Assembly: GCA_034439755.1 (NCBI GenBank)
Contig: JAWXAZ010000140.1
Span: 13,789-77,788, forward strand
Length of the DNA: 64,000 bases
Direction of reading: 5' to 3'
Source of the DNA: a bacterium
Lineage (GTDB): Bacteria > Bacteroidota > Bacteroidia > UKL13-3
In this document: one piece after another, positions 10,307-19,839 of the stretch
How positions within the stretch are numbered: the first letter of the stretch is position 1
Layout: each line of letters opens with the position of its first letter
Translations under genes and position numbers: made by a program
Notes under the pieces: generated by a model
What the model was told of the DNA's origin: nothing
The model's input: the letters and a program-made list of their open reading frames with translations, nothing else
Databases searched by the model: none

Positions 10307-12544
10307 TTATTTTAGGTTATACCTAAAGCCCAAAACCACATTTCTACCCATCATGGGTGCATAATTATAACTTGGATCGAATTGGTACTTATTGGGATTA
10401 CTTTGTGCATCACCTGCCGTTTTGTTGAAAGGATCCCACCACCTCAAAATTGGATTTTGAGGCAAGAAATTTCCCAGATTTCTCACACTGCCAAAACACT
10501 CAAAACCACTGCCCCATTTCTTGGTAATTTGCAAATGATGTAGGCTGAACCAAGGCGAATATGCTGGTCTAAAATCATTGGGAACAACGGGCAATCGCAT
10601 TGGACCATAGACTTGGGCGGTATAATCTATTACCATATTGAGACGTTTAAAAGTGTATGCCACCTGGTAGGTTCCAGAAAATTTTGGGGCATGCATTTGC
10701 ATTTGTTTTTCCATGATTCCATTCGAATCTGCATTTAAAGAATACACCTCCATTAAAGTGAAACCCGCATTTATTTTCAAAGGAAAAACAAAGTTCCAGC
10801 CGGTATTCAAAGTAAGGCCTTGGGAGATGGCATGACCATTTAAATTTTGGTAATATATTTTGCTGGCATCGGTATCATAATCGGGCACAATTTTATTGCC
10901 AAACCAAGTATAAAATGCGGTGATATCCCATTCAAAAAAACCAGCAGGCAAATTATGCCAACGCGAATAATTTACATTCACATTCCAACTGTTTTCGGGC
11001 TTTATATTAGGCGCAACAATTACCTCCCGCGCGCCCGACAATGCTGCATGATCTTCTGTAAAAATATTCACCACCCTAAATCCGTTTCCAGCACTGAGTC
11101 GCAGCGTTTGGGTAGAACCAAAATTGACTTTATAATTTGCTCTTGGGGAGAAAATAAGCCCGTGCCAAGAATAATGATCGGCACGCGCACCTAAAAGCAA
11201 AGTTTGATTGGATGTGAGGGCAATTTCATCTTGCACAAATACACCTGGAATAACCATTTTTTTAAAAACATCTGCCTGACCACCAATAGGCGCATTGTCT
11301 TGGTAATTAGAAACTCGCAATGCTGCTCCCATAAGCGTTTGGTGCCTTATGCCTATTTTTTTTTCTAGCAATAATTGGTTAAATGCACTCCATTGTTGGG
11401 CAATAAAATAGCTTTGTCCGTAAGCCGAATTTTGGTCGTGAATATTCCACGACAATTGGTATTTAAAGGCTTGTTTAGCTATTAAAAAAGGATGTGATAC
11501 AAGAAGCTCCGCGCGTTTGGTATAAATAGATTCGCCATACACGCTATCGCCACCTCTAAAGGCCTTGTTATAAGTAAGCTCCCCAGCCATTCTATCCTCG
11601 TAATACACGCGGGCAGCAAGACTAGTTCTCAACTTTTCTGTTCTATTCCAGGTCAATTTTCCAAAAACAGAAACCCTTTTTTGCAAGGTAATATCTGTAA
11701 AATTATCCTTATTTATATCTACCCTATTTTGAAAATAAAACAGATTGCCACTTAATAAGGTCGATACTTTTCCAAACCTTTTTGCATAACCCACATCTAA
11801 GTTTTGTTCCTTGTATGAAGAAGCATAATAGTTGAGGCTAAACCGCGGAGCCGTTTCGGGCGATTTGGTAATTACGTTTATTAGTCCGCCCACCGCTTCG
11901 CTGCCATATAAAGTAGCAGCAGGACCCTTTACCACCTCCACCTTTTCTATCATGCTATTTGGAATTCCGCTTAAGCCATAAACGGTAGACAAGGCACTAA
12001 TGATGGGCATTCCATCTATGAGCACCAAAGTATAAGGACCATCTAAGCCATTGATATGAATATCGCCGGTATTGCACACATTGCAATTTAGTGTAGGTTG
12101 CACGCCATTGATCATTTGCAAAGACTCAAACAAACTGTTGCTAGGCGTTTTCTTAAAAAACTGATGTCCGTATATTTCCACTGGCACAGGAGACGATGAT
12201 TTGCTTACCTCGCGCATGGTTCCGCTAATGGTGAGCTCTTTTAGACTGGTGTTTAAGGGCACCAATTCTATGCGCAATTCTTTTTCTTTTTCGGGCTGAA
12301 CCAATATCTTTTGTCGCTCATAGCCTATTACAGAAACCTGAAGTTGAAAGGTTCCTGCTGGTATATTTTTAAGCATAAAAGCACCCTGCTCATCACTTAA
12401 AGTAGTTTTATTTAAAGTAGCTATGCCAATGGTGGCAAAAGAGACAGGCTGTTTATTGGCCATTACTTTACCTTTTATGGCAAAGGTTTGGGCATGTGTG
12501 AATGCACTCGAAAGGAGAAAAATGACAAATAATAACTGTTTCAT
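10307..12544 (-). CDS. TonB-dependent receptor with N-terminal carboxypeptidase-regulatory-like domain
   Basis: Signal peptide MKQLLFVIFLLSSAFTHAQ and plug motif VEVVKGPAATLYGSEAVGGLINVITK, followed by a long beta-barrel. ATG at 12544 is preferred over the TTG at 12553. Its stop codon directly abuts the engB stop. Confidence 0.85.
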   Translation of the reverse strand: MKQLLFVIFLLSSAFTHAQTFAIKGKVMANKQPVSFATIGIATLNKTTLSDEQGAFMLKNIPAGTFQLQVSVIGYERQKILVQPEKEKELRIELVPLNTSLKELTISGTMREVSKSSSPVPVEIYGHQFFKKTPSNSLFESLQMINGVQPTLNCNVCNTGDIHINGLDGPYTLVLIDGMPIISALSTVYGLSGIPNSMIEKVEVVKGPAATLYGSEAVGGLINVITKSPETAPRFSLNYYASSYKEQNLDVGYAKRFGKVSTLLSGNLFYFQNRVDINKDNFTDITLQKRVSVFGKLTWNRTEKLRTSLAARVYYEDRMAGELTYNKAFRGGDSVYGESIYTKRAELLVSHPFLIAKQAFKYQLSWNIHDQNSAYGQSYFIAQQWSAFNQLLLEKKIGIRHQTLMGAALRVSNYQDNAPIGGQADVFKKMVIPGVFVQDEIALTSNQTLLLGARADHYSWHGLIFSPRANYKVNFGSTQTLRLSAGNGFRVVNIFTEDHAALSGAREVIVAPNIKPENSWNVNVNYSRWHNLPAGFFEWDITAFYTWFGNKIVPDYDTDASKIYYQNLNGHAISQGLTLNTGWNFVFPLKINAGFTLMEVYSLNADSNGIMEKQMQMHAPKFSGTYQVAYTFKRLNMVIDYTAQVYGPMRLPVVPNDFRPAYSPWFSLHHLQITKKWGSGFECFGSVRNLGNFLPQNPILRWWDPFNKTAGDAQSNPNKYQFDPSYNYAPMMGRNVVLGFRYNLK

Positions 12545-12576
12545 GAGCGACAAATGTCGGACATTTTTAGGAAAAA

Positions 12577-12614
12577 CAAAATATATTTTTAGATTAATCT
12601 AAAAATATATTTTG
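12577..12614. repeat. 38-bp perfect palindrome in a divergent promoter region
   Basis: CAAAATATATTTTTAGATT|AATCTAAAAATATATTTTG is perfectly self-complementary. It lies 32 nt upstream of the TonB-receptor ATG and 63 nt upstream of the aroE ATG. Confidence 0.9.
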
Positions 12615-12677
12615 ACAAGCCTAGCTTCCATATAATACATATATAAAAAAGTATATTTGTAGATAATTGAATTGAGA

Positions 12678-13754
12678 ATGAATCTAAAATTTGGCCTGAT
12701 AGGGCATCCTTTGCACAACCAGTTTTCGGTGAATTACTTTACGCGCAATTTTGAGGAGGCGGGATTAGCATATAGCTATGAGAATTTTGATTTGGCTACA
12801 GAGGAGGAATTGAGGGCATTTATTTCAGCGCTCAAAACTTTAGGGGATCCATATTTGGGTGGGCACAATTTAAATGTACCTAATAACGATGGAATAACTT
12901 TACAAGGGAGCGAAATTGGCGGTACTAATTTGGAGGGGCAAAGTTTGCACGGGCAAAGCTTGCACGAGCAACGTTTGCATGGGCATAGTTTGGAGGAGCA
13001 ACATTTGGAGGGGCAAAGTTTGGAGGAGCAACGTTTGGAGGGGCAACGTTTGCACGGGCAACGTTTGCATGAGCAAAGTTTGGAGGAGCAAAGTTTGGAG
13101 GGGCATAGTTTGGAGGGGCATAGTTTGGAGGGGCAAAGTTTGGGTGGCTCTAATTTTGTTGGAGCTAGTTTTGGCGGATTAAATGTGACGAAGCCTTATA
13201 AGGAAAAGGTACTTTCAATGATGGATGAATTATCCATAGAGGCTGAGGTTTGTGGGGCGGTTAATTGCATTCAATTTTTGCCAAATGGCGTTTTAAAAGG
13301 GCATAATACCGACGTATATGGATTTAATATTTCCTTGCAACAATTCTTAGGTTTGGACCGAAAAAAAAGGGCTTTAATTTTTGGAAATGGCGGTGCGGCA
13401 AAAGCGGTTTGTTATGTTTTAAATGAACTATCCATACCTTATCATTTGGTTACGCGGAGCTTGATAAAACAAGAGAATGAGTTAAATTATTCTGAGCTTA
13501 CCTTAGCATTAATTAAGCAGCATGAGTTGTTAATTAATGCAAGTTCGGTGGGCATGTACCCTAATGAAGATCAATGTTTGCCTATTCCATTTGAAGGCAT
13601 TGGTAAGGCACATTTTTGTTATGATTTAATTTATTTACCAGAGAAAACCACGTTTCTATTGGAGGCAGAAAAGCGCGGTGCTAGGGTTAAAAATGGCTTA
13701 GACATGTTGCATTTACAGGCCGATGAGGCATATAGAATTTGGATGGATGCTTAA
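12678..13754 (+). CDS. aroE: shikimate dehydrogenase carrying a ~110-aa pentapeptide-repeat insertion
   Basis: AroE motifs FGLIGHPL, GGLNVTKPYK, HNTDVYG and the NADP loop GNGGAAKAV are all in one frame. ATG at 12678 is preferred over TTG at 12672. The repeat insertion lies between the N-terminal segment and the NVTKPYK motif. Confidence 0.85.
   Translation: MNLKFGLIGHPLHNQFSVNYFTRNFEEAGLAYSYENFDLATEEELRAFISALKTLGDPYLGGHNLNVPNNDGITLQGSEIGGTNLEGQSLHGQSLHEQRLHGHSLEEQHLEGQSLEEQRLEGQRLHGQRLHEQSLEEQSLEGHSLEGHSLEGQSLGGSNFVGASFGGLNVTKPYKEKVLSMMDELSIEAEVCGAVNCIQFLPNGVLKGHNTDVYGFNISLQQFLGLDRKKRALIFGNGGAAKAVCYVLNELSIPYHLVTRSLIKQENELNYSELTLALIKQHELLINASSVGMYPNEDQCLPIPFEGIGKAHFCYDLIYLPEKTTFLLEAEKRGARVKNGLDMLHLQADEAYRIWMDA
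12858..13187 (+). repeat. in-frame 15-bp tandem repeat (22 units; 14 near-identical core units at 12933-13142)
   Basis: The core unit consensus is GAGGGGCAAAGTTTG, encoding (E/H)(G/E)Q(S/R)L. Five degenerate units lie upstream and three downstream, and the last is the native GGLNV. Direct reading of the sequence. Confidence 0.95.
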
Positions 13755-13772
13755 TCTTTAATACTATTGCAC

Positions 13773-14732
13773 ATGGGCTTGTTTTACACTTATTGCAAAT
13801 ATAATACACGGTTAACATCGCATTTATTTTATGAGAACATTAGAATTGGGGGCATAGAAAATATTCCTTTACACAAGCCTGTGGTATTGGCACTAAACCA
13901 TCCCAACTCGTTTTTGGATGCGGTAATTGTAGGCGCGGTAATTGATAGGCCAACGCATTTTTTAGCACGTGGCGATGCTTTTAAAAGCAATGTTGCGCGG
14001 CCCATTTTACATTCTTTAAACATGTTGCCTGTTTTTCGATTGTCGGAGGGAAAGGAGAACTTAAGCAAGAATACGGAAACTTTTGATGCTTGTCAGAACA
14101 TCCTAGAAGAGCGAAAGGTGGTGATTATTTTTGCAGAGGGATTAAGTGAGAACAATTGGGATTTACGGTCTTTAAAAAAGGGTCCGGCTAGAATTTCGAT
14201 AAAGGCTTGGAGCAGCGATACGCCTGCTAAAGACATTGTAATTGTGCCCGTAGGATTAACCTATGAACATTATAAAGGTGCTGGAAAAAACATCTTGGTA
14301 AACTTTGGAAAACCCATAGAAAGACAAGACTTTGAGGGCATTCAAAATGAGGCGCAGTTTGTGCGTACTTTTAATGAAAGGTTATTTGGCGAGTTAGGTA
14401 AACTGGCCTATATAGCCCCTTCAATGAAAGAAGGCGACGCTCAATATACGAATTTTAGACAGACCTTTAGGCGACTTTGCCGGGGCGAAAAGGATGGCAT
14501 ACAACTGTTATCAAAACTAAACGCGCAATTGGATCAAACCGAAAAAAGAAGGTTTATACCATTTATAAAAAGCAGTCTTTTGTTTGCCCCTTTATACGCA
14601 TTAAGCACTTGGTTAACGCCCAAAATAGTGAAACAATCTTTGTTTTTTGATTCTATTTCTTTTGGATTGGTGATGTTCCTGTGGCCCTTTTATTTATTGG
14701 GCTTGGGCTTGCTTTTAGCTTGTCTATTTTAG
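13773..14732 (+). CDS. lysophospholipid (1-acyl-sn-glycerol-3-phosphate) acyltransferase family protein
   Basis: HX4D motif NHPNSFLDA, FAEG block (IIFAEGLS) and a C-terminal transmembrane segment. ATG at 13773 is preferred over TTG at 13767. Confidence 0.75.
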   Translation: MGLFYTYCKYNTRLTSHLFYENIRIGGIENIPLHKPVVLALNHPNSFLDAVIVGAVIDRPTHFLARGDAFKSNVARPILHSLNMLPVFRLSEGKENLSKNTETFDACQNILEERKVVIIFAEGLSENNWDLRSLKKGPARISIKAWSSDTPAKDIVIVPVGLTYEHYKGAGKNILVNFGKPIERQDFEGIQNEAQFVRTFNERLFGELGKLAYIAPSMKEGDAQYTNFRQTFRRLCRGEKDGIQLLSKLNAQLDQTEKRRFIPFIKSSLLFAPLYALSTWLTPKIVKQSLFFDSISFGLVMFLWPFYLLGLGLLLACLF

Positions 14733-15772
14733 TCCCTAATTTTGTTTAGCCCCAACAAAGAAACCATCCAATTAGGTAGCGGTTTATGCTGACCTCTTTT
14801 CTTTAGGTCTAGGTACCAGCCAAACTTTTTTAGAATAGGCACCTTATGGGTTTCAACCATTTCAATGAGGGTACCATCGGGGTCTTCTACGTAGGCAAAC
14901 CTTCCGCCCGATTCGCCCATATCGAAGGTATCGCCGCTATCTACAGTCAAATTATAATTAAATTTTCTTAAATTAAGTTTGAGGCGCTCCATATTAGGCA
15001 CATCAAAACACAGATGAATAAAGCCTAAATCGCCCCAATACCTATTTTCGAATAATTTAATTGGTGTTCTATCTAAGGCTTGTATTAATTCGATTTGAAT
15101 ATCGCCCAACAAATGGCTAAATGGCGCGGAGTTTGGATTTTTAAAAAACAGCAAAGCCCTTCTAAACCTTTGATTCTTGTAAGCTTCACCCAGATCGTTG
15201 AAAGTACCAGTAACATCATAGAGCACCTCATTTATACCTAATCCGTTTTGGTAAAAAGCAATTGAAATATCAATGTTATTCACGCCAATAATTGCCCCAC
15301 AGAATCCACCTTGCATAAATTCTTTTGCCTTGAACCAAGACTTATCTTTTACAACTTGATATTGGTTTCCGGCAGGGTCTTTTAGCAAAAAAGTTTTATG
15401 TCCATTTGGATCCTCCATGGGCGTTGTGCAATCGTTGTTATTTTTAATAATTTCGGAAGCCTTTTTAGGGTTGTTAGATTTAAGTTTAACGGCATTAATT
15501 CCTAAATCGCCCCACTGCATGGAAGGGCCGGCAACCGACTTTCTGCTGGTAAATTGCCAAATTTCTGCGCCACCCCCACCATTCATATTCATGGCCAGGA
15601 TGGCTCTTCTGCTATGTACTTCTCCCCCAGTGTAAAGTGTCATTAAAGGCGCTTTTGCCTCATCATCGAAAATTTGAACATTTATGCCAAAAACAGTTCT
15701 TAGCCATTTAAAAGTTTGGGGAGAATCTTGACAACCAATACCTACCTGTTGAATTCCAGAAATAAACGCCAT
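14729..15772 (-). CDS. VOC (glyoxalase/dioxygenase) superfamily protein, two-domain
   Basis: 347 aa. Repeated beta-alpha-beta-beta-beta-like modules with VOC-type segments (GIQQVGIGCQD, FIHLCFDVPN). Its stop overlaps the convergent acyltransferase stop (TTAG). Confidence 0.55.
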   Translation of the reverse strand: MAFISGIQQVGIGCQDSPQTFKWLRTVFGINVQIFDDEAKAPLMTLYTGGEVHSRRAILAMNMNGGGGAEIWQFTSRKSVAGPSMQWGDLGINAVKLKSNNPKKASEIIKNNNDCTTPMEDPNGHKTFLLKDPAGNQYQVVKDKSWFKAKEFMQGGFCGAIIGVNNIDISIAFYQNGLGINEVLYDVTGTFNDLGEAYKNQRFRRALLFFKNPNSAPFSHLLGDIQIELIQALDRTPIKLFENRYWGDLGFIHLCFDVPNMERLKLNLRKFNYNLTVDSGDTFDMGESGGRFAYVEDPDGTLIEMVETHKVPILKKFGWYLDLKKRGQHKPLPNWMVSLLGLNKIRD

Positions 15773-15779
15773 ATTTTAC

Positions 15780-16577
15780 TTAAGATAATTTTAATTTTTT
15801 AACCAATTTAAAGAAGAAATAAGGAAGCAGTTTCCTTAAAATTATAAGCACCATTTCTTGCTGAACCACATAAATTTTTCGCTTATTTTTAGCAATACCC
15901 GCTACAATTTTGGCGGCACAAACTTCGGCAGGAATGCCATTTATTTGTCCGGCATCCATAACTTGATGTTGGGTGCCATCTGCTTTTAGGGCCGATTCTG
16001 AAATATTAGTTTGTATTCTACCCGGAGATACCGTTGTAAAATGGATATTTTTACGGGTATTCTCTAAGAACCACGACTCAAAAAATCCCTCCAAAGCATG
16101 CTTGGAAGCAGAATAAGCGCTGCGCTGAGGAAAACCAAAGGTACCCACAACAGAGCTAATTAAGACAATGTTTGCATGGGTAGAATTTATCAATAAAGGC
16201 CAAAGGCTTTTTGTTAAACCAACTTGGCCAAAAAAATTAACCTCCATAATTCTGCGATCAACCGCCAAGGAGGTTTCCTCTGCTTGGGAACGCTGACTAA
16301 TTCCAGCATTATTAACCAGCACATCAATCACCTTAAACTTTTGGAACAGCTTTTCTGCAAAGTCTTTGATGGAGGCTTCACTGGCAATATCCAAAAAAAA
16401 ACAATCGCATTTGGCGCCATTTTTAATACAAACTTGCATTACATCCTGCAATTTATCTAGGTTTCTGGCAGCCAAAATTAAATGAGAGCCAGGCTGAGCC
16501 ATTTGCTGAGCCAAGGCTTTTCCTATGCCAGAGGAGGCACCGGTAATGACAATGGTTTTATTTGAAAAATACTGCAT
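15780..16577 (-). CDS. short-chain dehydrogenase/reductase (SDR)
   Basis: 265 aa. TGASSGIGKALA cofactor loop, NNAG, and catalytic YSASKHAL. Confidence 0.85.
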   Translation of the reverse strand: MQYFSNKTIVITGASSGIGKALAQQMAQPGSHLILAARNLDKLQDVMQVCIKNGAKCDCFFLDIASEASIKDFAEKLFQKFKVIDVLVNNAGISQRSQAEETSLAVDRRIMEVNFFGQVGLTKSLWPLLINSTHANIVLISSVVGTFGFPQRSAYSASKHALEGFFESWFLENTRKNIHFTTVSPGRIQTNISESALKADGTQHQVMDAGQINGIPAEVCAAKIVAGIAKNKRKIYVVQQEMVLIILRKLLPYFFFKLVKKLKLS

Positions 16578-16631
16578 CGGCTAATTTTTTCACAGGATGG
16601 CAAAATACGAGATAGACCGAGATTTTTAGCA

Positions 16632-17237
16632 TTAATTTTTAAACAATTCAAGTTGTTCATTTAACAACCTAAATGTCATGCGGTGCAAATTAGTTGGACC
16701 AAACTCTTTAATGGCCTTTCTATGTTTAATGGTTGGGTAACCTTTATTTTGGTTCCAACCATATTGAGGAAACATGGCATGCAGTTCTTCCATATAATCG
16801 TCGCGGTAAGTTTTGGCCAAAATGGAAGCCGCGGCAATATTTTGGAAACGCGCGTCACCCTTGATCTCGCAGCGATGTGGAATTTTGCCATAAGGAATAA
16901 ACCGATTGCCATCAATTAACAACAAACTCGGAACAATAGTTAATTTATCTAAAGCACGGTGCATGGCCATAAAAGACGATTTAAGAATATTATACTTATC
17001 AATTTCTTTGTTATCTAAAGAGGAAACCGCCCAGGCCAAAGATTTTTCTTCAATTTCCAAACGCAATTCTTTGCGGTCTTTCTCACTTAATTTTTTAGAA
17101 TCGTTTAAGCCTTTGATATTTTTTTTTGGATCAAGAATAACAGCTGCCGCAAATACTGGTCCGGCTAAACAACCCCTTCCAGCCTCATCGCAGCCAGCTT
17201 CTGGTAACATCTTTTGAAAAGTTTTTAGCAAGGCCAT
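16632..17237 (-). CDS. rnhB: ribonuclease HII
   Basis: 201 aa. GCDEAGRGCLAGPVFAAAV, DSKKLS and SILAK motifs. Confidence 0.92.
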   Translation of the reverse strand: MALLKTFQKMLPEAGCDEAGRGCLAGPVFAAAVILDPKKNIKGLNDSKKLSEKDRKELRLEIEEKSLAWAVSSLDNKEIDKYNILKSSFMAMHRALDKLTIVPSLLLIDGNRFIPYGKIPHRCEIKGDARFQNIAAASILAKTYRDDYMEELHAMFPQYGWNQNKGYPTIKHRKAIKEFGPTNLHRMTFRLLNEQLELFKN

Positions 17238-17337
17238 CTTGCAATTATAAGATTTTTTTCAAAATTGATTTTAGAACTATGATACAATAATATATACGAA
17301 TCAATAAATTTACCGCGTTAAAGCCACGCGGCCCGCA

Positions 17338-18792
17338 ATGAAAAAAACGTTTATTACAAATTTCATCTTGCTCATGTCGGTTAACTTGCTCATTAAACCC
17401 TTTTGGATTTTGGGCATAGATCGAGGAGTTCAAAATGCTGTTGGATACGAGCAGTATGGCTTGTATAGCAATTTGTTTGCTTTTTCAATGCTGCTTATTA
17501 CGCTGCTCGATTTAGGCATAAACAACTATACCTCCTCTAATATTGCAAAAGACCCAGAAAGCCTCAACAAAGAATTTGCGGCTTTAACCACCTTTAAATT
17601 AGGGTCGAGCTTAGTTTACCTCACCTTAACTTTGGGCATTGGCACCCTAATGGGCTACCCCATAGACAGGTTACAACTCTTGTTAATACTTGGGTTCAAC
17701 CAAATTCTATCTTACTTTTATTCTTTTTTTAGAAGCATTGTGGGCGGATTGCAACTATTTAAAACCGACGCATTGTTATCGGTGGTAGACAGAAGTTTAA
17801 TGATTTTGCTATGCGGGTTAATGCTTTGGTTTGGGTTGTTCAGCATAAGCATCCCAGCCTTTATTTTGGCTCAAACCGTGGCCTATTCTACCGCAGTGGC
17901 CATTTCATTTTTTGTAATAAAACCGCATTTGCACACGCTAATTTGGAAACTCGATTTTAGCCATTTTAAGGTGGTGATAATTAAAATGTTTCCATACGCC
18001 TTGTTATCTTTACTAATGACATTTTACACCAGGTTAGATGTAGTGCTTATTCCCAAATTGGTGGCAGATGGCGATATGCAAAATGGCATTTACGCCTCGG
18101 CCTATCGCTTGTTGGAGGCCGCAAATATGATGGCCGCCCTTGTGGCCATGCTCCTGCTTCCTATGTTTTCGAAGATGATAGCTGCCAAAGAAAATTTGAA
18201 TTCATTGGTTCAATTTAGCACCGGACTCATGCTAATTCCGGCCTTTGCCTTTTGCCTCATTGCATTTGGGTATCAAGACCCTATAATTCATTTGTTAAAC
18301 CACCACAGCAACGATTACGCGGCCTGGGTTTTTGGCTTGGTTATTCTATGTTTTTTTCCGCTGTGCATCATGTATATTTACGGTACCTTGTTAACCGCCA
18401 ATGGTAATTTTAAAATTCTAAACATTTTGGCGGCTATTGCATTGATTTTGAATCTTGGGCTCAACTTTTGGCTCATCCCAATTTACAAAGCTTATGGGGC
18501 AGCCATTGCAGCTATAAGCACACAAGCATTCATAGGTTTTAGCAACCTCCTTTTTGGTATCAAAATTCTCAAAATTCGGTTTGAACCAAAATTTATTACC
18601 CGGTTTTTCGTTTCCCTCTTATTCATTGGTATTTTATTGTTTGTGACCCTTAAATTGGAATTCACTTGGTGGCAAGCCTCCATTTCAATTATTTTAGGCA
18701 CATTGGGAAGCATGTTTGGTCTCAAAATACTTGATTTTAAACAAGGTTTAGAGCTTCTTAAGGGTAGACAAGCCGAAAAAGGGGGTTTATGA
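17338..18792 (+). CDS. polysaccharide/oligosaccharide flippase (Wzx/MOP superfamily)
   Basis: 484 aa and almost entirely hydrophobic, with about 12-14 predicted transmembrane helices. Length and topology are typical of Wzx-like flippases. Confidence 0.6.
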   Translation: MKKTFITNFILLMSVNLLIKPFWILGIDRGVQNAVGYEQYGLYSNLFAFSMLLITLLDLGINNYTSSNIAKDPESLNKEFAALTTFKLGSSLVYLTLTLGIGTLMGYPIDRLQLLLILGFNQILSYFYSFFRSIVGGLQLFKTDALLSVVDRSLMILLCGLMLWFGLFSISIPAFILAQTVAYSTAVAISFFVIKPHLHTLIWKLDFSHFKVVIIKMFPYALLSLLMTFYTRLDVVLIPKLVADGDMQNGIYASAYRLLEAANMMAALVAMLLLPMFSKMIAAKENLNSLVQFSTGLMLIPAFAFCLIAFGYQDPIIHLLNHHSNDYAAWVFGLVILCFFPLCIMYIYGTLLTANGNFKILNILAAIALILNLGLNFWLIPIYKAYGAAIAAISTQAFIGFSNLLFGIKILKIRFEPKFITRFFVSLLFIGILLFVTLKLEFTWWQASISIILGTLGSMFGLKILDFKQGLELLKGRQAEKGGL

Positions 18793-18823
18793 GGTATTTT
18801 TTATATTTTTGCTGCGTAACGAT

Positions 18824-19834
18824 ATGAACAAGAAAAAAAAACAATATTACTTCGAGCTAATTGATGTATTTCATTTCATAGTTAGGTGGAGAAAAAAACT
18901 GATAATCATTTGTGGCATTTCGGCCATTTTATCCATACTCATTTCTAGTCCATGGGTAATAAGACCAAAATACCAATCTACCGCGGTATTTTACCCGTCA
19001 ACCAACAACTCCATCTCCTCTGCCTTGCTTACAGACAGTAGGGTAAAACAAAAAGACCCATTAGAATTTGGAGAGCAAGTTGCCGCACAACAATATGTGC
19101 AAATATTGGAATCGGATTACCTTAAATTGAAAGTAATTAACCGTTACAATTTGGCAGAACACTACCGCATAGACCCAAGCGATGGGGAAAAAAATTACAA
19201 AATGGGCAAAATGTACGACAAGAACATCAGTTTTCGTAAAACACCATATGCCTCCATTGAAGTAAGTGTTTTGGACGAAAAGCCAGAGATTGCTGCCGAA
19301 GTAGCCAATGGCATTGTGATGATTTTGGACAGTGTTAAGACGGAAGTTCAACGTAAAATGGCCATGCAGGCCTTTCACATTATTGAAACTGAGTACAAAC
19401 GCAAGGAAGAAGAAGTAAATTCCATTAAAGTTAGGATGCAAGAATTGGGTGCTAAAGGCGTTTATAATGTGGAAGAGCAATCGAAAGCCATTACCGAATT
19501 AATAGGCAAAAACGGGATGAATGAAAATATTCGCCAACAACAAAATAACTTGGCACAATATGGTGCAGAATCACAATCTTTATACAATACATTAGAGCTT
19601 CAAGTAGAGCAAATGAATGAGTTGAAAAAGAAATTGGATCAGGCCAAAATTGACGTAGAAGGTAATTTGAGTAATGTATTTATTTTACAAAATGCTTCTC
19701 CTGCCGAAAGAAAAACATACCCAATTCGTTCCTTAATTGTGTTGGGTGCTATTTTAGGTTCATTCATTTTAGCTTGTATTGTGTTGTTGTTTGTTGAGAA
19801 ATTTCAACATCAAAAAGACAATTTTATTTCTTAG
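18824..19834 (+). CDS. polysaccharide chain-length determinant (Wzz-like) protein
   Basis: One N-terminal and one C-terminal transmembrane helix flank a long coiled-coil-rich soluble region. ATG at 18824 is preferred over TTG at 18809. Confidence 0.5.
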   Translation: MNKKKKQYYFELIDVFHFIVRWRKKLIIICGISAILSILISSPWVIRPKYQSTAVFYPSTNNSISSALLTDSRVKQKDPLEFGEQVAAQQYVQILESDYLKLKVINRYNLAEHYRIDPSDGEKNYKMGKMYDKNISFRKTPYASIEVSVLDEKPEIAAEVANGIVMILDSVKTEVQRKMAMQAFHIIETEYKRKEEEVNSIKVRMQELGAKGVYNVEEQSKAITELIGKNGMNENIRQQQNNLAQYGAESQSLYNTLELQVEQMNELKKKLDQAKIDVEGNLSNVFILQNASPAERKTYPIRSLIVLGAILGSFILACIVLLFVEKFQHQKDNFIS

Positions 19835-19839
19835 TAAAC

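Noticed and set aside
10304-10309. Abutting or overlapping convergent stop codons (engB/TonB receptor here; also 14729-14732, 41832-41842, 48548-48570) as a possible regulatory antisense arrangement
   Set aside because: This recurs throughout the window and is best read as general genome compaction. Nothing points to a specific mechanism.
12900-13182. Track ORFs 12900-13136 (minus) and 12916-13182 (plus) inside the aroE repeat
   Set aside because: They exist only because the 15-bp repeat lacks stop codons in several frames. The aroE frame is the one continuous with conserved enzyme motifs on both sides.
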